Source: Schizosaccharomyces osmophilus (lineage: Eukaryota). Taken from it: a stretch of DNA of 64,000 nucleotides. The stretch covers positions 1,488,001 to 1,552,000 of the forward strand of contig NC_079239.1 of the NCBI RefSeq assembly GCF_027921745.1, in the 5' to 3' direction. The position numbers were made by a program, and so were the translations under genes. Within the stretch, counting starts at the first letter, position 1; each line of letters opens with the position of its first letter. The notes below the pieces were generated by a model. That model was not told where the DNA came from and did no database searches. It saw only the letters and a program-made list of their open reading frames with translations. Positions 1-11,304 of this stretch are shown here, in pieces.

Positions 1-396
1 TATATGGGATGTTTTGGGATTGGCATTTCTCGAATGATAGCGGCCATTGCCACTGTGACCAAGGATTCCAAGGGACTCGTGTGGCCGATGAATGTTGCAC
101 CCTGGAAAGTGCTGGTGGTACCGACATCGTCGAAACACATGCAGGCAGCGGAATCCGTGTACGACGGTGTTGCACATGTTGTTGGCGCTGACAATATCCT
201 GCTGGAAGATCGTAGTCAGCACTCCTTTGGGTACAAGATGAAGGACGCCGAGCTGATTGGATATCCATTTGTGATTATCGTGGGCTCCCAATTTGAACGA
301 CAAAGCCTCTGTGAAGTGCATGTTCGCGCGACCGGGGGAAGACACCATTTGCCCCTGCAATCTTTGCACCAGATTCTCTTGGGGAACTTTTTGTAA
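1..396 (+). CDS. Prolyl-tRNA synthetase, probably mitochondrial (bacterial type); 3' part only, truncated by the window edge
   Basis: Class II motif 3 (MGCFGIGISR), GLVWP..APW, and anticodon-binding domain (EDR...GYKMKDAELIGYPFVIIVG). Stop TAA at 394-396. Confidence 0.9.
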   Translation, partial: YMGCFGIGISRMIAAIATVTKDSKGLVWPMNVAPWKVLVVPTSSKHMQAAESVYDGVAHVVGADNILLEDRSQHSFGYKMKDAELIGYPFVIIVGSQFERQSLCEVHVRATGGRHHLPLQSLHQILLGNFL

Positions 397-1319
397 TGCA
401 TCGTACAGTCTTCCATTCACTCTCTTCCCTTTTATTCTTTGTTGGATCCGTTGTTGCATTTGCATTCATCATGAATGCAATGTAAACAAATATCCTTTTC
501 TCCATCCTCGTTACTACAATACCCAAGAAGGCGCTCGTCCCCTACTGTGACTAGAAAGAAGCACTAGTGCTACACCCTCATTCCTACTTTTCCACCTGAA
601 ACCTACAATTTCCTATAACGACAATTCCAAATAAACTCTTGAATCATTCGTGATCCCTTTTCACACCTATTTTTTCTAAACAAAACCTAACCTTTCAAAT
701 CTTTCCATCAAATGTTACAATTTTACAATCATCTCTTTTCATTTCTCTCCCTCTAGCCATTCCATGGCCTTGGATTATTCCATGTAGAAGGATCTCTTTG
801 TTATCAACTTGCCTTGCATAGCGTAACATCTAGGTTACAACGTCCATTGTACTGGATGGATGATTACATACAAACTGATAGCAAACTAGAAGAAAACTCT
901 TTGCAAGTGGTCCATCTACGTTCAATAGAAGGTTCAAGTTGCGTACTTTGACTTTATCGGGAACTTGATCTCCTCGATCATCTCGTCTGCTTATCGCCCT
1001 CCGTTTTGTGTAATGCTTTCTTTGTGTATGTATATATATATATATAGAGGACTGTGCACCATGGAATCTGCTAAAAGAGCAATCCATTGTAAGTAGCTGC
1101 AGTAGTTTTACTTGGAGGGTTATTTTTATTTTTATTTTTATTTTTAAATTTTCTATTTATATCTCTTATAGACACTCTTTGGAATTTCGGACTTTTTTAA
1201 TTCCGGATTTCTACACATTTACTCTCTGTCTCTCTCTCTCTTTAGCTTTCTACCTTTAAACGACCTTTTTTTTTTTTTTTTATACACATTCAAAAAGGAA
1301 AGGATTACTTTGATTCATC

Positions 1320-2966
1320 ATGTCGAAATTCGCAGACTTTCAACTCCCTCTCATTAAAAACGAACCCCCCAAGAATTATGGACCAGAAAGTGTTGAGCGC
1401 GAACAACTTGTCGCTGCCTACCGCGAACTAGAGTCCCAATTGCCCGTGGCCATCCCCCTTGGTGTCAACGGAAAGGACGTCAAGACCAACGATATAGGCG
1501 AACAACGCTGTCCTTTTGACCACAAGAAGGTTGTGGCCCGTTACCACCGTGCCAGTTCGTCGGATGTCCAAGGCGCCATCGAGTCTGCTCTCGAAGCAAA
1601 GAAGGAATGGGAAAACTTGTCTTTCACCGACCGTGCTGCCGTCTTCTTGAAGGCTGCTCATTTGATCAGCACAAAGTACCGTTACAAGCTTATGGCCGCC
1701 ACCATGATTGGCCAAGGGAAAAACATCTGGCAAGCTGAGATTGACGCTGCTATGGAAATCATCGACTTTATACGTTTCGATTGCAAATACGCTAGCGAAT
1801 TGTACTCGGTTCAACCCCCCGAAAATTCTACCGGTGTCTGGAACCGCACCGAGTACCGTCCCTTGGAAGGCTTTGTTTACGCCATCACCCCCTTCAACTT
1901 CACTGCCATCGGCGGTAACTTGGCTGCTGCTCCTCTTCTCATGGGCAACGTTGTGCTCATGAAGCCTTCCGACCATGCTGTCTTGTCCAACCGCATTATC
2001 TATGACATCTTCGTCGAAGCTGGTCTTCCTGCTGGTGCTTTGCAATTTGTCCCTGGTGACGCTATTGAGGTTTCCAAGGCTTGCTTCAACCACTACGACT
2101 TTGCCGCCCTTCACTTTACCGGAAGCACCAACGTTTTCCGCTCTATGTGGGGAATCATCGGTGAAAACGTCGCCCACGGCAAGTACCGCACTTACCCCAA
2201 GATTGTTGGTGAAACCGGTGGTAAGAACTTCCACCTTGTTCACCACTCTGCTCAAATCCGTTCCGCTGTTGTCAACACGGTTCGTGCTGCTTATGAATAC
2301 CAAGGACAAAAGTGCTCTGCCTTGTCTCGTCTTTACGTTTCCCGCGCTTCTTGGGAAGCTGGTTTCCGTGACCAACTCTTACAGGAAGTCAAGGCTTTGA
2401 AGGTTGGTGCTCCTTTGCAAGATCTATCCAACTTTGTCGGTCCCGTCATCCACCGTGGCAGCTTTGACAAGTTGAAGGCTGTTTTGGACAGCGCCGCCAC
2501 TGACAGTGAAGTCGAAGTCTTAGCTGGTGGCAAGGCTGACGATTCTACTGGCTACTTTGTTGAGCCCACCGTCCTCCTTTCCAAGAACCCCAAGCATGAC
2601 ATCTTCAAAACCGAATTCTTCGGCCCCATCCTCGCCGTTTACGTTTACGAGGATGAATCTTTGGAAGAGGTTTGCGAGTTGGTCGATACTACCAACGCGT
2701 ATGGTTTGACTGGTTCTATCTTTGCCCAAGACCGTATCGTCGTTCGTAAGCTCACTGAGCGTCTCCGTAACGCCGCCGGAAACTTTTACATTAACGACAA
2801 ATGCACTGGTGCTGTTGTTGGTGAGCAACCCTTCGGCGGTGCTCGTGCCAGCGGTACCAACGATAAAGCCGGTAGCGGTATGATTTTGTCACGTTTCGTT
2901 TCTCCTCGCTCCGTCAAGGATACCTTTGCTTATGCCGACTCTGTATTATACCCCTCCAACCTTTAA
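1320..2966 (+). CDS. put2: Delta-1-pyrroline-5-carboxylate dehydrogenase
   Basis: ALDH motifs PFNFT, FTGS, ETGGKN, GQKCSA (catalytic Cys), EFFGP, GEQPFGG. Intronless, strong codon bias. Confidence 0.96.
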   Translation: MSKFADFQLPLIKNEPPKNYGPESVEREQLVAAYRELESQLPVAIPLGVNGKDVKTNDIGEQRCPFDHKKVVARYHRASSSDVQGAIESALEAKKEWENLSFTDRAAVFLKAAHLISTKYRYKLMAATMIGQGKNIWQAEIDAAMEIIDFIRFDCKYASELYSVQPPENSTGVWNRTEYRPLEGFVYAITPFNFTAIGGNLAAAPLLMGNVVLMKPSDHAVLSNRIIYDIFVEAGLPAGALQFVPGDAIEVSKACFNHYDFAALHFTGSTNVFRSMWGIIGENVAHGKYRTYPKIVGETGGKNFHLVHHSAQIRSAVVNTVRAAYEYQGQKCSALSRLYVSRASWEAGFRDQLLQEVKALKVGAPLQDLSNFVGPVIHRGSFDKLKAVLDSAATDSEVEVLAGGKADDSTGYFVEPTVLLSKNPKHDIFKTEFFGPILAVYVYEDESLEEVCELVDTTNAYGLTGSIFAQDRIVVRKLTERLRNAAGNFYINDKCTGAVVGEQPFGGARASGTNDKAGSGMILSRFVSPRSVKDTFAYADSVLYPSNL

Positions 2967-3383
2967 AATTAAAAATCGTGATGTGCCTTTTTCACGAACT
3001 TCAAAAGTTTTTGTGCATACTAATCCAAAATAATTTTTTGTGCATAGATTGATGCTTTCATTGTCCTGCAATTCATAGTAATTCAATTTTTCTACCTTCT
3101 TAAGAGTTCTGTCTTTCTTTCACTTTTTTTTTTCATTTCATAGTGGTAATGTATCATGTTTTTTTTTAAGCATTAAACTAAGAGTCATAATCAGTTCTCG
3201 TGGACAGCGTACCATCACTGACAGATCCAGCAATTGAATCTACGCTCTTTTCATGTATTAATCATAGTTTTATTCAATAGCTTTTATTCTGTGTGGAATA
3301 GAATCTGATTGCGTCCAGCTGCATATTCTGTCATAGCCAGCTACACTTTCTTTCTACGTCCACCAAAACGCTTGACCCACACA

Positions 3384-4292
3384 ATGTTCTCCTGGGAGGC
3401 AAGTTTATCAAATGGTAAGATTTTGTCGTTTAATGATGGATTATTAATTAAAATAGAACTTTACTTTGTTCGGCAATACTTTTATAGCGGCAGCTATGAG
3501 AAGTTGTTCGAAATCGATGCTTCATCTTTATCCGAAAAAGGCCTCGAATTAACAGAACTATACATGGCTAGAGCAAAGCTGGCATTGGGAGAAAGTATTG
3601 AATCGATTCAGGGCACGCTTACTCAAAAGTCTGCTGGAGGCGCCGCTCTTTTGGCATTGGCAGGTGAAGGAAGCATGGACCTTTTAATTGAGCAGCATGG
3701 AGATTCAGATGCTGCTGTCCAAACCTTAGGAGCCATCTATTTAATTCGTAAGAAAGAGTACGACGAAGCGTTAACTTTGGTCCAAAAATCTGTCGAAAAT
3801 TTGGAAGCTGTGGCTTTGGAAGTGTATATCCATTTATATCAACACAAGTTAGAAGCCGCAGAAGCAGCAATCACTAAAAGTTTGGATTGGGCCGATGAAG
3901 AAATTGTTTTGCAAATTGCTCAGTCTTGGGTAAAGCTTGCTAGAGGTGGTTTAGACTCCTACAATGATGCCTTTTATATTTATGAGGAATTAAATGGTAG
4001 TGAAAGCAATCCTCGTGTTTTGACTTGCATGGCTTGCTCTGATTTATGTTTGTTACGCACTCAAGAAGCTCTTACTTCTTTACGATCGGCCCTTGAAATG
4101 CAATCCAATTATGCACCTGCGGCCAGCAATTTGAAGACGGCCATCCTTGCTCTTGGTCCTTTAGCTCCCTTAGACGCAAAACGACTGTATGAAAACTCTT
4201 CTTCCGGTGCTTTCCTTACAAAGCAATTAGATCAAAAGTCCCAAGAATTTGATGCATTAGCTAAACAATGCCTCGCCAGTTCTTCTGCTTAA
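3384..4292 (+). CDS. sec28: Coatomer epsilon subunit; exons 3384-3414 and 3457-4292
   Basis: First ATG is at 3384 (the ORF track start is a TTG). Intron GTAAGA..TAG at 3415-3456 gives SNELYFVRQYFYSG. TPR-like helices; DAFYIYEEL motif. Confidence 0.9.
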   Translation: MFSWEASLSNGKILSFNDGLLIKIELYFVRQYFYSGSYEKLFEIDASSLSEKGLELTELYMARAKLALGESIESIQGTLTQKSAGGAALLALAGEGSMDLLIEQHGDSDAAVQTLGAIYLIRKKEYDEALTLVQKSVENLEAVALEVYIHLYQHKLEAAEAAITKSLDWADEEIVLQIAQSWVKLARGGLDSYNDAFYIYEELNGSESNPRVLTCMACSDLCLLRTQEALTSLRSALEMQSNYAPAASNLKTAILALGPLAPLDAKRLYENSSSGAFLTKQLDQKSQEFDALAKQCLASSSA

Positions 4293-6125
4293 TGATCGTG
4301 TAACCTTTTTCAAAGCCCCATGTTTTTTTTTTTTTTTACGATCTTCGCTATGTAGACGATTTTCCTTTCATTCCTTGCTAATTCGCAAGAACTACATACT
4401 TGATTCCAATCATGTAATTGTCGTTGACATTCCTTTATATTTATAATTCAATTCTCTCTTCCTTTTACTTTTTTGTTTCAGATGCATGGAACATTGGAAT
4501 GGTAGCGGTTTGTAATTTATGAAGACGTATTTTGAAAATATATTCATTAAATGTTGCTATTAGAATGAAAATTAATGTAATCGTGTTTGCATGAGGGAAA
4601 TCGCATTGAGTTGGTTCAGCAGTTCTTTGGTACTTAGTCTGCCAACCTTTATCTTCATTACTCAACAAATACCTACACATACCTATAATGCATAGTATAT
4701 TCCATCGATAATCAATGTATTTCTATAAAAATATCTAAATATTTGCTTTTTGAAGTGTTTAAGCTTGTTAAATTACGCTTTTATGAAAGATGGTCAATTG
4801 AGCAATCCTGCATCCTCTACAAATCGTTCCACAGTATTTTTTTTATGAGTGAACATTTCTTTTCTTTTCTTTCTTTCTTTCATTTAGAACAAAAACAAAA
4901 AAACCAGAGATCGCTCAGAGTTAGTACAGTCCCACCATGTCATAAGCAGAAAAAGGGATCGATCAAAAAACTCTTTTATGTGCCTTGAACAGAGATGTGA
5001 TAAAACTTTAGCTTGCTAATTTTCTACACTGTGCTTATAAACGATATAATTGACGCGTCAACCAAATTTTCTGTAACATATTCTGTCTGGGAATCCCTAT
5101 ATCCACATACTAAAACAAGTAAAGATTAGGGGACTCAATTTGACTATGCTACCGATCTCTCTATCCTGCGAATTTTCGTATCCGTTCGAAATTAAAATGA
5201 AATCATGCTCGCCAGGGTGGTAAACGAACTCGCAGATCCTGTATTTGATGTCTTCTTCGATTCGTTCTCATGCATTGGCAAATCTGTCCAGTGATAGATC
5301 CTATTACATGATGGCATTTGAAGGACCTTTCACAACTTTCGAACGAAGCTATGATCTGTTCAGTTGTCGGGTTTAAGGATTCTATCGCTGATCTTGCTTC
5401 ATCATCGGCGTACCATGCATCACAATGCTCTACAATTCGTTGAAAGTGGATAATCTTGTTATCAAGAAAATATCAGATAATTTTCAATTATAAAAATTGT
5501 AAAGCTTTTCCTTTATGGCCGCTTATTTTGGCGCTGGCTTCTTATACCTGGGTTACTTGTGAACATAAGCTATTGACGAGAAACATAATATTCAAGACCC
5601 TTTTTTTTCTGTTGGCATTTTATGTCTTCTGCTCCCTTTGAAGTCATTGATCTCTGCTAATCTTGTTGATCTTTTTCTGGATCCGAAACATCACTTACAA
5701 TACACATCCGCAATTGGGGTAATTGGTATCGATCGGATTTGTTTGATCTAGTTGCAATTGTTTACTTCATACTCATTGGCTTGACTTTAATTGTTCCTCG
5801 TGACTACGAGTTTGGTTTTTTGAGTGTTTTCGTCGCTAGTGTATAAGACTCGATAATTTCCAAATCCTCAAAGAAACCTGCTTTGATGTTCAGGGAATCC
5901 ATTTCTTTTTTCTTTTTAAAATATTAAAAGCTATTTATTTGTCTCGCTCTTTTCAACTCGATTTTCCCTATAATTGCAAATTCTGTTCCTAAGACGAGCC
6001 TCCGAATACATTCACCTCTTCTTTTTGTTAGGATCTGTGTTTCGGGAAATTGAAAACATTTTGGAGCTTTAAGAAAGAAACTTCATATATTCTCGTTTTT
6101 ACTGCTATTATTAGAACGTTTCAAA

Positions 6126-7340
6126 ATGGGATGTATGTCCAGTAAATATGCAGATTCCACTGGGGGAGACGTTATAAAAAAAAAGCAAGTAAAACTAGAA
6201 AGCCAAGGAAGAGGAACTTCTCCCGAAGGCGATAGGAATCCAGTAAAGGAGCATTGGCTGAATATTGTCTTGCGTGGTAAGCCACAGAATCAAAATGCAG
6301 GAGCATCGAACCAGAATGGAAACAAAAATGACAATGAAATCAAAGTTTTGCTGCTTGGTGCTGGCGACAGTGGAAAGACAACAATTATGAAGCAAATGCG
6401 TCTTCTTTACAGTCCAGGATTTAACCAAGCTGCTAGACGGCAATATCGAATTATGATTTTTGAAAACATAATCACATCGGTATGCTTACTTATGGATGCT
6501 ATGGAAAATAGTGGTATGAGCTTGTTGCCAGAAAACGAAAAATACCGACCGATCATTTTGAGAAAACAAACCATTCAAGTAAACGAGCCGTTTCCCGCAG
6601 ATCTTTACGAGGCGTTGAGAGCTTTGACGCTCGATCCAAAAATAAGGACAGCACAAAATTGCGGTACGAACCTTTCTCTTTTGGATAACTTTTATTATTA
6701 CCAGGATCATATCGACCGAATTTTTGACCCCCAATATTTACCCTCAGACCAGGATATTCTGCATTGCCGAATTAAGACCACAGGAATTTCTGAAGAAACA
6801 TTTTTATTGAACCGCCATAAATATCGTTTCTTTGACGTGGGTGGTCAACGCTCGGAGCGTAGAAAATGGATCCATTGCTTTGAATCCGTCACAGCATTGC
6901 TTTTCCTTGTTTCTCTCGCCGGGTACGATCAGTGCTTAGTTGAAGATAATAGTGGCAACCAGATGCAAGAAGCGTTGTTATTGTGGGATTCGATTTGCAA
7001 TTCAAGTTGGTTTGCGGAATCGGCAATGATTTTGTTCCTTAATAAGTTGGATCTATTTAAACGAAAGGTTCATATATCTCCTATTCAGCAGTATTTCCCT
7101 GACTATCAGGAAACTCCTTCCACTCCAACATTTGTTCAAACACAATGTCCGTTTTCTGATAATGCCGTAAAAAGCGGTATGTACTATTTCTACTTAAAGT
7201 TTGAAAGCTTAAATCGCATTGCTTCTCGCAGCTGTTACTGTCATTTTACAACTGCTACGGATACGAGTTTGCTTCAGCGGGTCATGGTTTCCGTTCAAGA
7301 TACAATTATGTCAAATAATTTGCAATCTTTAATGTTTTAA
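6126..7340 (+). CDS. gpa1: Heterotrimeric G-protein alpha subunit of the pheromone pathway
   Basis: MGC lipidation site, GAGDSGKTT P-loop, RIKTTG, DVGGQRSERRKW, NKLD, TTATD. Confidence 0.95.
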   Translation: MGCMSSKYADSTGGDVIKKKQVKLESQGRGTSPEGDRNPVKEHWLNIVLRGKPQNQNAGASNQNGNKNDNEIKVLLLGAGDSGKTTIMKQMRLLYSPGFNQAARRQYRIMIFENIITSVCLLMDAMENSGMSLLPENEKYRPIILRKQTIQVNEPFPADLYEALRALTLDPKIRTAQNCGTNLSLLDNFYYYQDHIDRIFDPQYLPSDQDILHCRIKTTGISEETFLLNRHKYRFFDVGGQRSERRKWIHCFESVTALLFLVSLAGYDQCLVEDNSGNQMQEALLLWDSICNSSWFAESAMILFLNKLDLFKRKVHISPIQQYFPDYQETPSTPTFVQTQCPFSDNAVKSGMYYFYLKFESLNRIASRSCYCHFTTATDTSLLQRVMVSVQDTIMSNNLQSLMF

Positions 7341-8522
7341 GGAAGACAATGATTTTTTTGATGAAAAGTACGATTGATCCTACTAGTGAAGTACCTTCAA
7401 ATAGCCGCGCTGACTGCATCTCTTTGAACCTATATGTCACATATATATAATATTGCCTATAATTTTGTTACACCTTTCTTGCATCCAACTCCTTTTTGAA
7501 CACCGAGTTTTGTTAATACCGACAACCGGCCATCCTGTTTGTGCTAGGACGAGCTTTTGTCCATTCTCTGTCCATTTTTTTTTATAATGATGAGTCCTAT
7601 TCGCGTCCGAGTTTCTTCCTAAATGCTGGCACACGATCCACGAAGAGGAAATAGAGCTATTCCGCGAGAATGAAGCATTCTCTATATACGAAGTGAGATG
7701 TTGATGTCTGAATCCCTTGAACTCCTTTTAATTACAAACATTTGTTTGTGTATAATTTCTCAAGAGATAGCATTTGGACGTTTAAAGATTCCAATCAATT
7801 GATATCACCACGTATTTAAAATTGTTATTGTGTATGAAAACAGGCCATAGTATAAGAACTTGTGTAAACAGTTCGTCAGTGTAAAAAACAATGCTGTCCA
7901 AAAGAACAGTCATCTATTGCAAAAAGCAACTAAAGTACTACTACCAAATGTGCATAGATGAGACATGTCTACAAAGGTTGGTTTACCTTGCAATTAAAAC
8001 ATGACTCAGGGTAGGTTTATGTGTACCAAAGAGTATCCTTTGTAGTATTTACCTGATTCCTTTCGAAGTAATTCGTTTATGTTCTGTCTTATACCCCATC
8101 GTCCATTGCATCTATACGTAAAGTTTGCTTCGACAAATGTCAGTCAAACAATATTGGAAAGCTCGTTTCCTTCATAGCCAAACAATAAATCCTCATATAA
8201 ATGTATAAAAAAAAGAAGACTTTCGTGAAATCGTTTATGGTAATTCTTATTTATTCAGAGAGCAAGCTAGCTGTACTCGTTTTTCTTGAAACACATTCAA
8301 TAAGTAAATACTCTTTTATTATTATTAATGAATATTTTAAAAAATAAAACTCATTTTCAAAAATGCTTGGAAACAATTTCCTCCTTCCATGCCCACCCTT
8401 CTAAAACGTAAAGACCATAAAGCAGTGAGATTAAAGAGGTTTTAATTATCAAAGCATACTTAATGTAATTTATGGCAAAAAGAATCTCTTTATTAAACGC
8501 TTTTGTATAGTTATGAGCCGAA

Positions 8523-9248
8523 ATGGAGGATCTTTTAATTAATGCTCGACACCATCTGTGTATGCGGAATCCCAAGTTTATTCGAATTGGTCTTCGTCAA
8601 CTGGAATCTATTCTATATCATATCGCACGACCTAGTAACATTCATGATAAGATTCCGAAAGAGATTTATCTAAAGCTGCAAGACTCTCATCTATACAATT
8701 CTGTTGTTCCTTGTATTTATGCATTGGACAGTCTTTTGGACTACCAGCAAAATGATGAAACTTATTTCGAAAACTATGTCTTTATTCAACGCCTAATGGA
8801 TGACTTGTTACATGTAATTGAGGGCCTGGTACTAATCCATCCCGTGTCTCAATCATTTTTTGAAGATAAAACCACCTTGCATCTTTTTATACAAATACTG
8901 GAACCCAGTCAGATTAGAAGCCTTCAAGTGGCAGCTTTAAAGACACTCGTGTGTATCATGGTGGACCATCCTCTTGTTGTCCGACTGTTTGAGTCAATTG
9001 GCGGTCTGCACCATATTTGCATGTTATTTAAGCATAGACAAACTAGCCAAGATACTCGTTTACAAATCCTTGAATTCTTTTACTTTTATTTATCTCCGGA
9101 ACCTTACAATATCGAGGATTTACCCTACCGTAAAACTCGAGCGGAAAAGCAAATTTATCTTTCAAAGTATCTTTCCAACGTTCAAGACCTACGGAAAGAC
9201 CTAGATACTTTTAGACCATTTGGTAAATTAGACGAGACTTTTGACTGA
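8523..9248 (+). CDS. cdc14: Septation initiation network component Cdc14 (Sid1 partner, not the phosphatase)
   Basis: 241 aa. IRIGLRQLE, GLVLIHP and LQILEFFYFYLSPE match the fission-yeast Cdc14 family; synteny. Confidence 0.88.
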   Translation: MEDLLINARHHLCMRNPKFIRIGLRQLESILYHIARPSNIHDKIPKEIYLKLQDSHLYNSVVPCIYALDSLLDYQQNDETYFENYVFIQRLMDDLLHVIEGLVLIHPVSQSFFEDKTTLHLFIQILEPSQIRSLQVAALKTLVCIMVDHPLVVRLFESIGGLHHICMLFKHRQTSQDTRLQILEFFYFYLSPEPYNIEDLPYRKTRAEKQIYLSKYLSNVQDLRKDLDTFRPFGKLDETFD

Positions 9249-9347
9249 AATTTTGGAACATCTACTCTTTCATTTTGCGTTCTCACATTGATCCAATTCC
9301 ATTCATATCCATAAGTTATATAATGTTTTCATATCAATAAATTATTT

Positions 9348-10421
9348 TTAGCATGTTAAATCAATCCGATCCCAGATGTCAAGTATCCAACTAAATGAAC
9401 TATGGATGCCGATGAAGACTCCATCCCAACAGGTAATATCAGCTAAATTTCGACCTTCTCCTACTCCATCACGCCTCCGTAAAAAACTAAAAGAAGGCAA
9501 TCTTTGAGACAACAAGTATGTAGATGGCGCTGTGCTACTGTTTGGGGACATTCCATAAGGTGTATGACCAGGTAAATTTGAGGAATTGGATAAGGAAGAA
9601 GTATTTGAGGTAGGTGAAGCGAATGTTCCACCGACGGAAGAAGTCTTGTTATGCGACATAGGATAGTTCGTGGTAGTTTTCGTGGATGAGAGCCGAAGGA
9701 ACTGGACCATCTGCGAGAATTTTTCAACAATGAAGCTATATCTGTTGATTAATTCATGATCACTCTTGCTCAGTGCAACGAATGCGTACCGTCGCAAACC
9801 GCCACGAGCATGCGGATCATGCAACGAAAAAGATTGAGCAATCACATATCCGTTTTCTTGATCTCCAAAGAATAGCGGATTTGACATGGATTCTGAAATA
9901 TCTGACGACATTGAATACTCACAACTGAGGCATCGGACCATCAGCCTCCTCAAAATAGAGTACCGATTCTGATTTCGGGGATACTGACTAGATATATAAA
10001 CGATGTCTGGGTTTCTTGTAGAAAGAGAAATAAGTCGCGGAGGAACGTCTGGTAATACATATTCACATGGAAGAACTATGCTGCAAGTAACACAAGCAGG
10101 TTTTCGTGATACAGGACTTTGGCGAGCCGACGAGCTTAAGCCAGCTGATTGAATACGAGGAGAATCAGTGGCTTTTGATTGCCTTTGGTTACCGTCTTCA
10201 GGGTCACTTTTGAATAAAGACTCTGTAGAACTTAACATAGGGTCTTCTGAAGATTCCTGAACTTCAGACTCAATATTATCTTCCGACGCTGCGGAAGATC
10301 TTGGCGCTGAGGGTATATCGAACTGATCACCCAGCTCAGAACGAAGTAATTTTTGAGTACAGAAAATTATTGAGGGGCCTTCCAATTCACAAAAATGTCC
10401 CAGGGAAAAGATGACATCCAT
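9348..10421 (-). CDS. bhd1: Folliculin/Lst7 orthologue
   Basis: ATG at 10421. N-terminal LGHFCELEGPSIIFCTQ, LSCE and DPHARGGLRRY are folliculin-family signatures. Confidence 0.9.
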   Translation of the reverse strand: MDVIFSLGHFCELEGPSIIFCTQKLLRSELGDQFDIPSAPRSSAASEDNIESEVQESSEDPMLSSTESLFKSDPEDGNQRQSKATDSPRIQSAGLSSSARQSPVSRKPACVTCSIVLPCEYVLPDVPPRLISLSTRNPDIVYISSQYPRNQNRYSILRRLMVRCLSCEYSMSSDISESMSNPLFFGDQENGYVIAQSFSLHDPHARGGLRRYAFVALSKSDHELINRYSFIVEKFSQMVQFLRLSSTKTTTNYPMSHNKTSSVGGTFASPTSNTSSLSNSSNLPGHTPYGMSPNSSTAPSTYLLSQRLPSFSFLRRRDGVGEGRNLADITCWDGVFIGIHSSFSWILDIWDRIDLTC

Positions 10422-11304
10422 ATTGCACAATGGAAAGGAATTAAGCAAACGAATACAAAAGAAATTAACCAAAATAAAGAATTGGTGTTGATTAGTAAAC
10501 CATTCAGTGGTATAATAAAAAAAAAAGAACTCAATCTCTTGATAAAGCCAAAATCATTCAAAAACAATAAAACCAATACAGCAATGGTCAGTGATATATA
10601 GCTTTTGGACTTGCAACAATTAGTAAATAACTGAATGTTCAATGGTTCATAGCAGATTTAGATAACTTTAGAAAGGATTTGAATATAGGATATATTAATG
10701 ATCGCATCCAAGAAATCTTCAAATACCTATCATTATACGTGGGATCATAAATGAAAATAAAAACTTGCAATTCGATATTCCTTTTATTGTTGGAATCTGA
10801 ATTCACAGCTGTCGCTAAATTAATAAAATCTATTTAAATTAAACAAGTTTATACTTTTCACCAAAGAGACGAATGATGATGCGTTTGTCCAGTAAGTAAT
10901 CCTTTTGTTTTTGCAGCGGAAGATTCCACTGTAACAAATGTTTAAAAAAAAAAAGCAGAATCAGTTCTTCAACAGAATTCTACAGCTTACAGGAATTTTG
11001 GTCATTTCCTAGAGGTGGAGTGGAGAGGATGAAAAACGTCGCTAACAAAATAACCTACATCGTCTTAAGCAAGAAAATACGATAACGAACGAACAGTATT
11101 CCAAGTAGAGTTACACAAGTTTCGTGTTTCCTAATACATTACTCGTCTGTTCTATCTACTGTATTACAAGTCTGCTTAATTTCAAAAAAATATAGCGAAA
11201 ACCCATCGATTATTAGTGTATATGAGTAACCCTATTCCATAAATAAATTGGCTTTTCAAAAATGTTTGCCTAGTCGCTTTTCTTTTCACATACTTACTTT
11301 TAGT

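Noticed and set aside
1428..2375. 315-aa antisense ORF inside put2
   Set aside because: Mirror-frame shadow of a strongly codon-biased gene; no recognisable motifs.
5050..5061. Palindrome TTGACGCGTCAA containing an MCB core
   Set aside because: A single site far from any replication-gene start; plausible by chance.
5640..6125. Ste11 TR-box upstream of gpa1
   Set aside because: Only partial matches (e.g. TCTTTTTGTT near 6020); no exact TTCTTTGTTY seen.
11225..11232. Single telomere-like AGTAACCC downstream of the phosphoketolase gene (also single GGGTTACTT at 5550 and 62494)
   Set aside because: Not tandem; isolated 8-9-mers are weak evidence for Taz1 binding.
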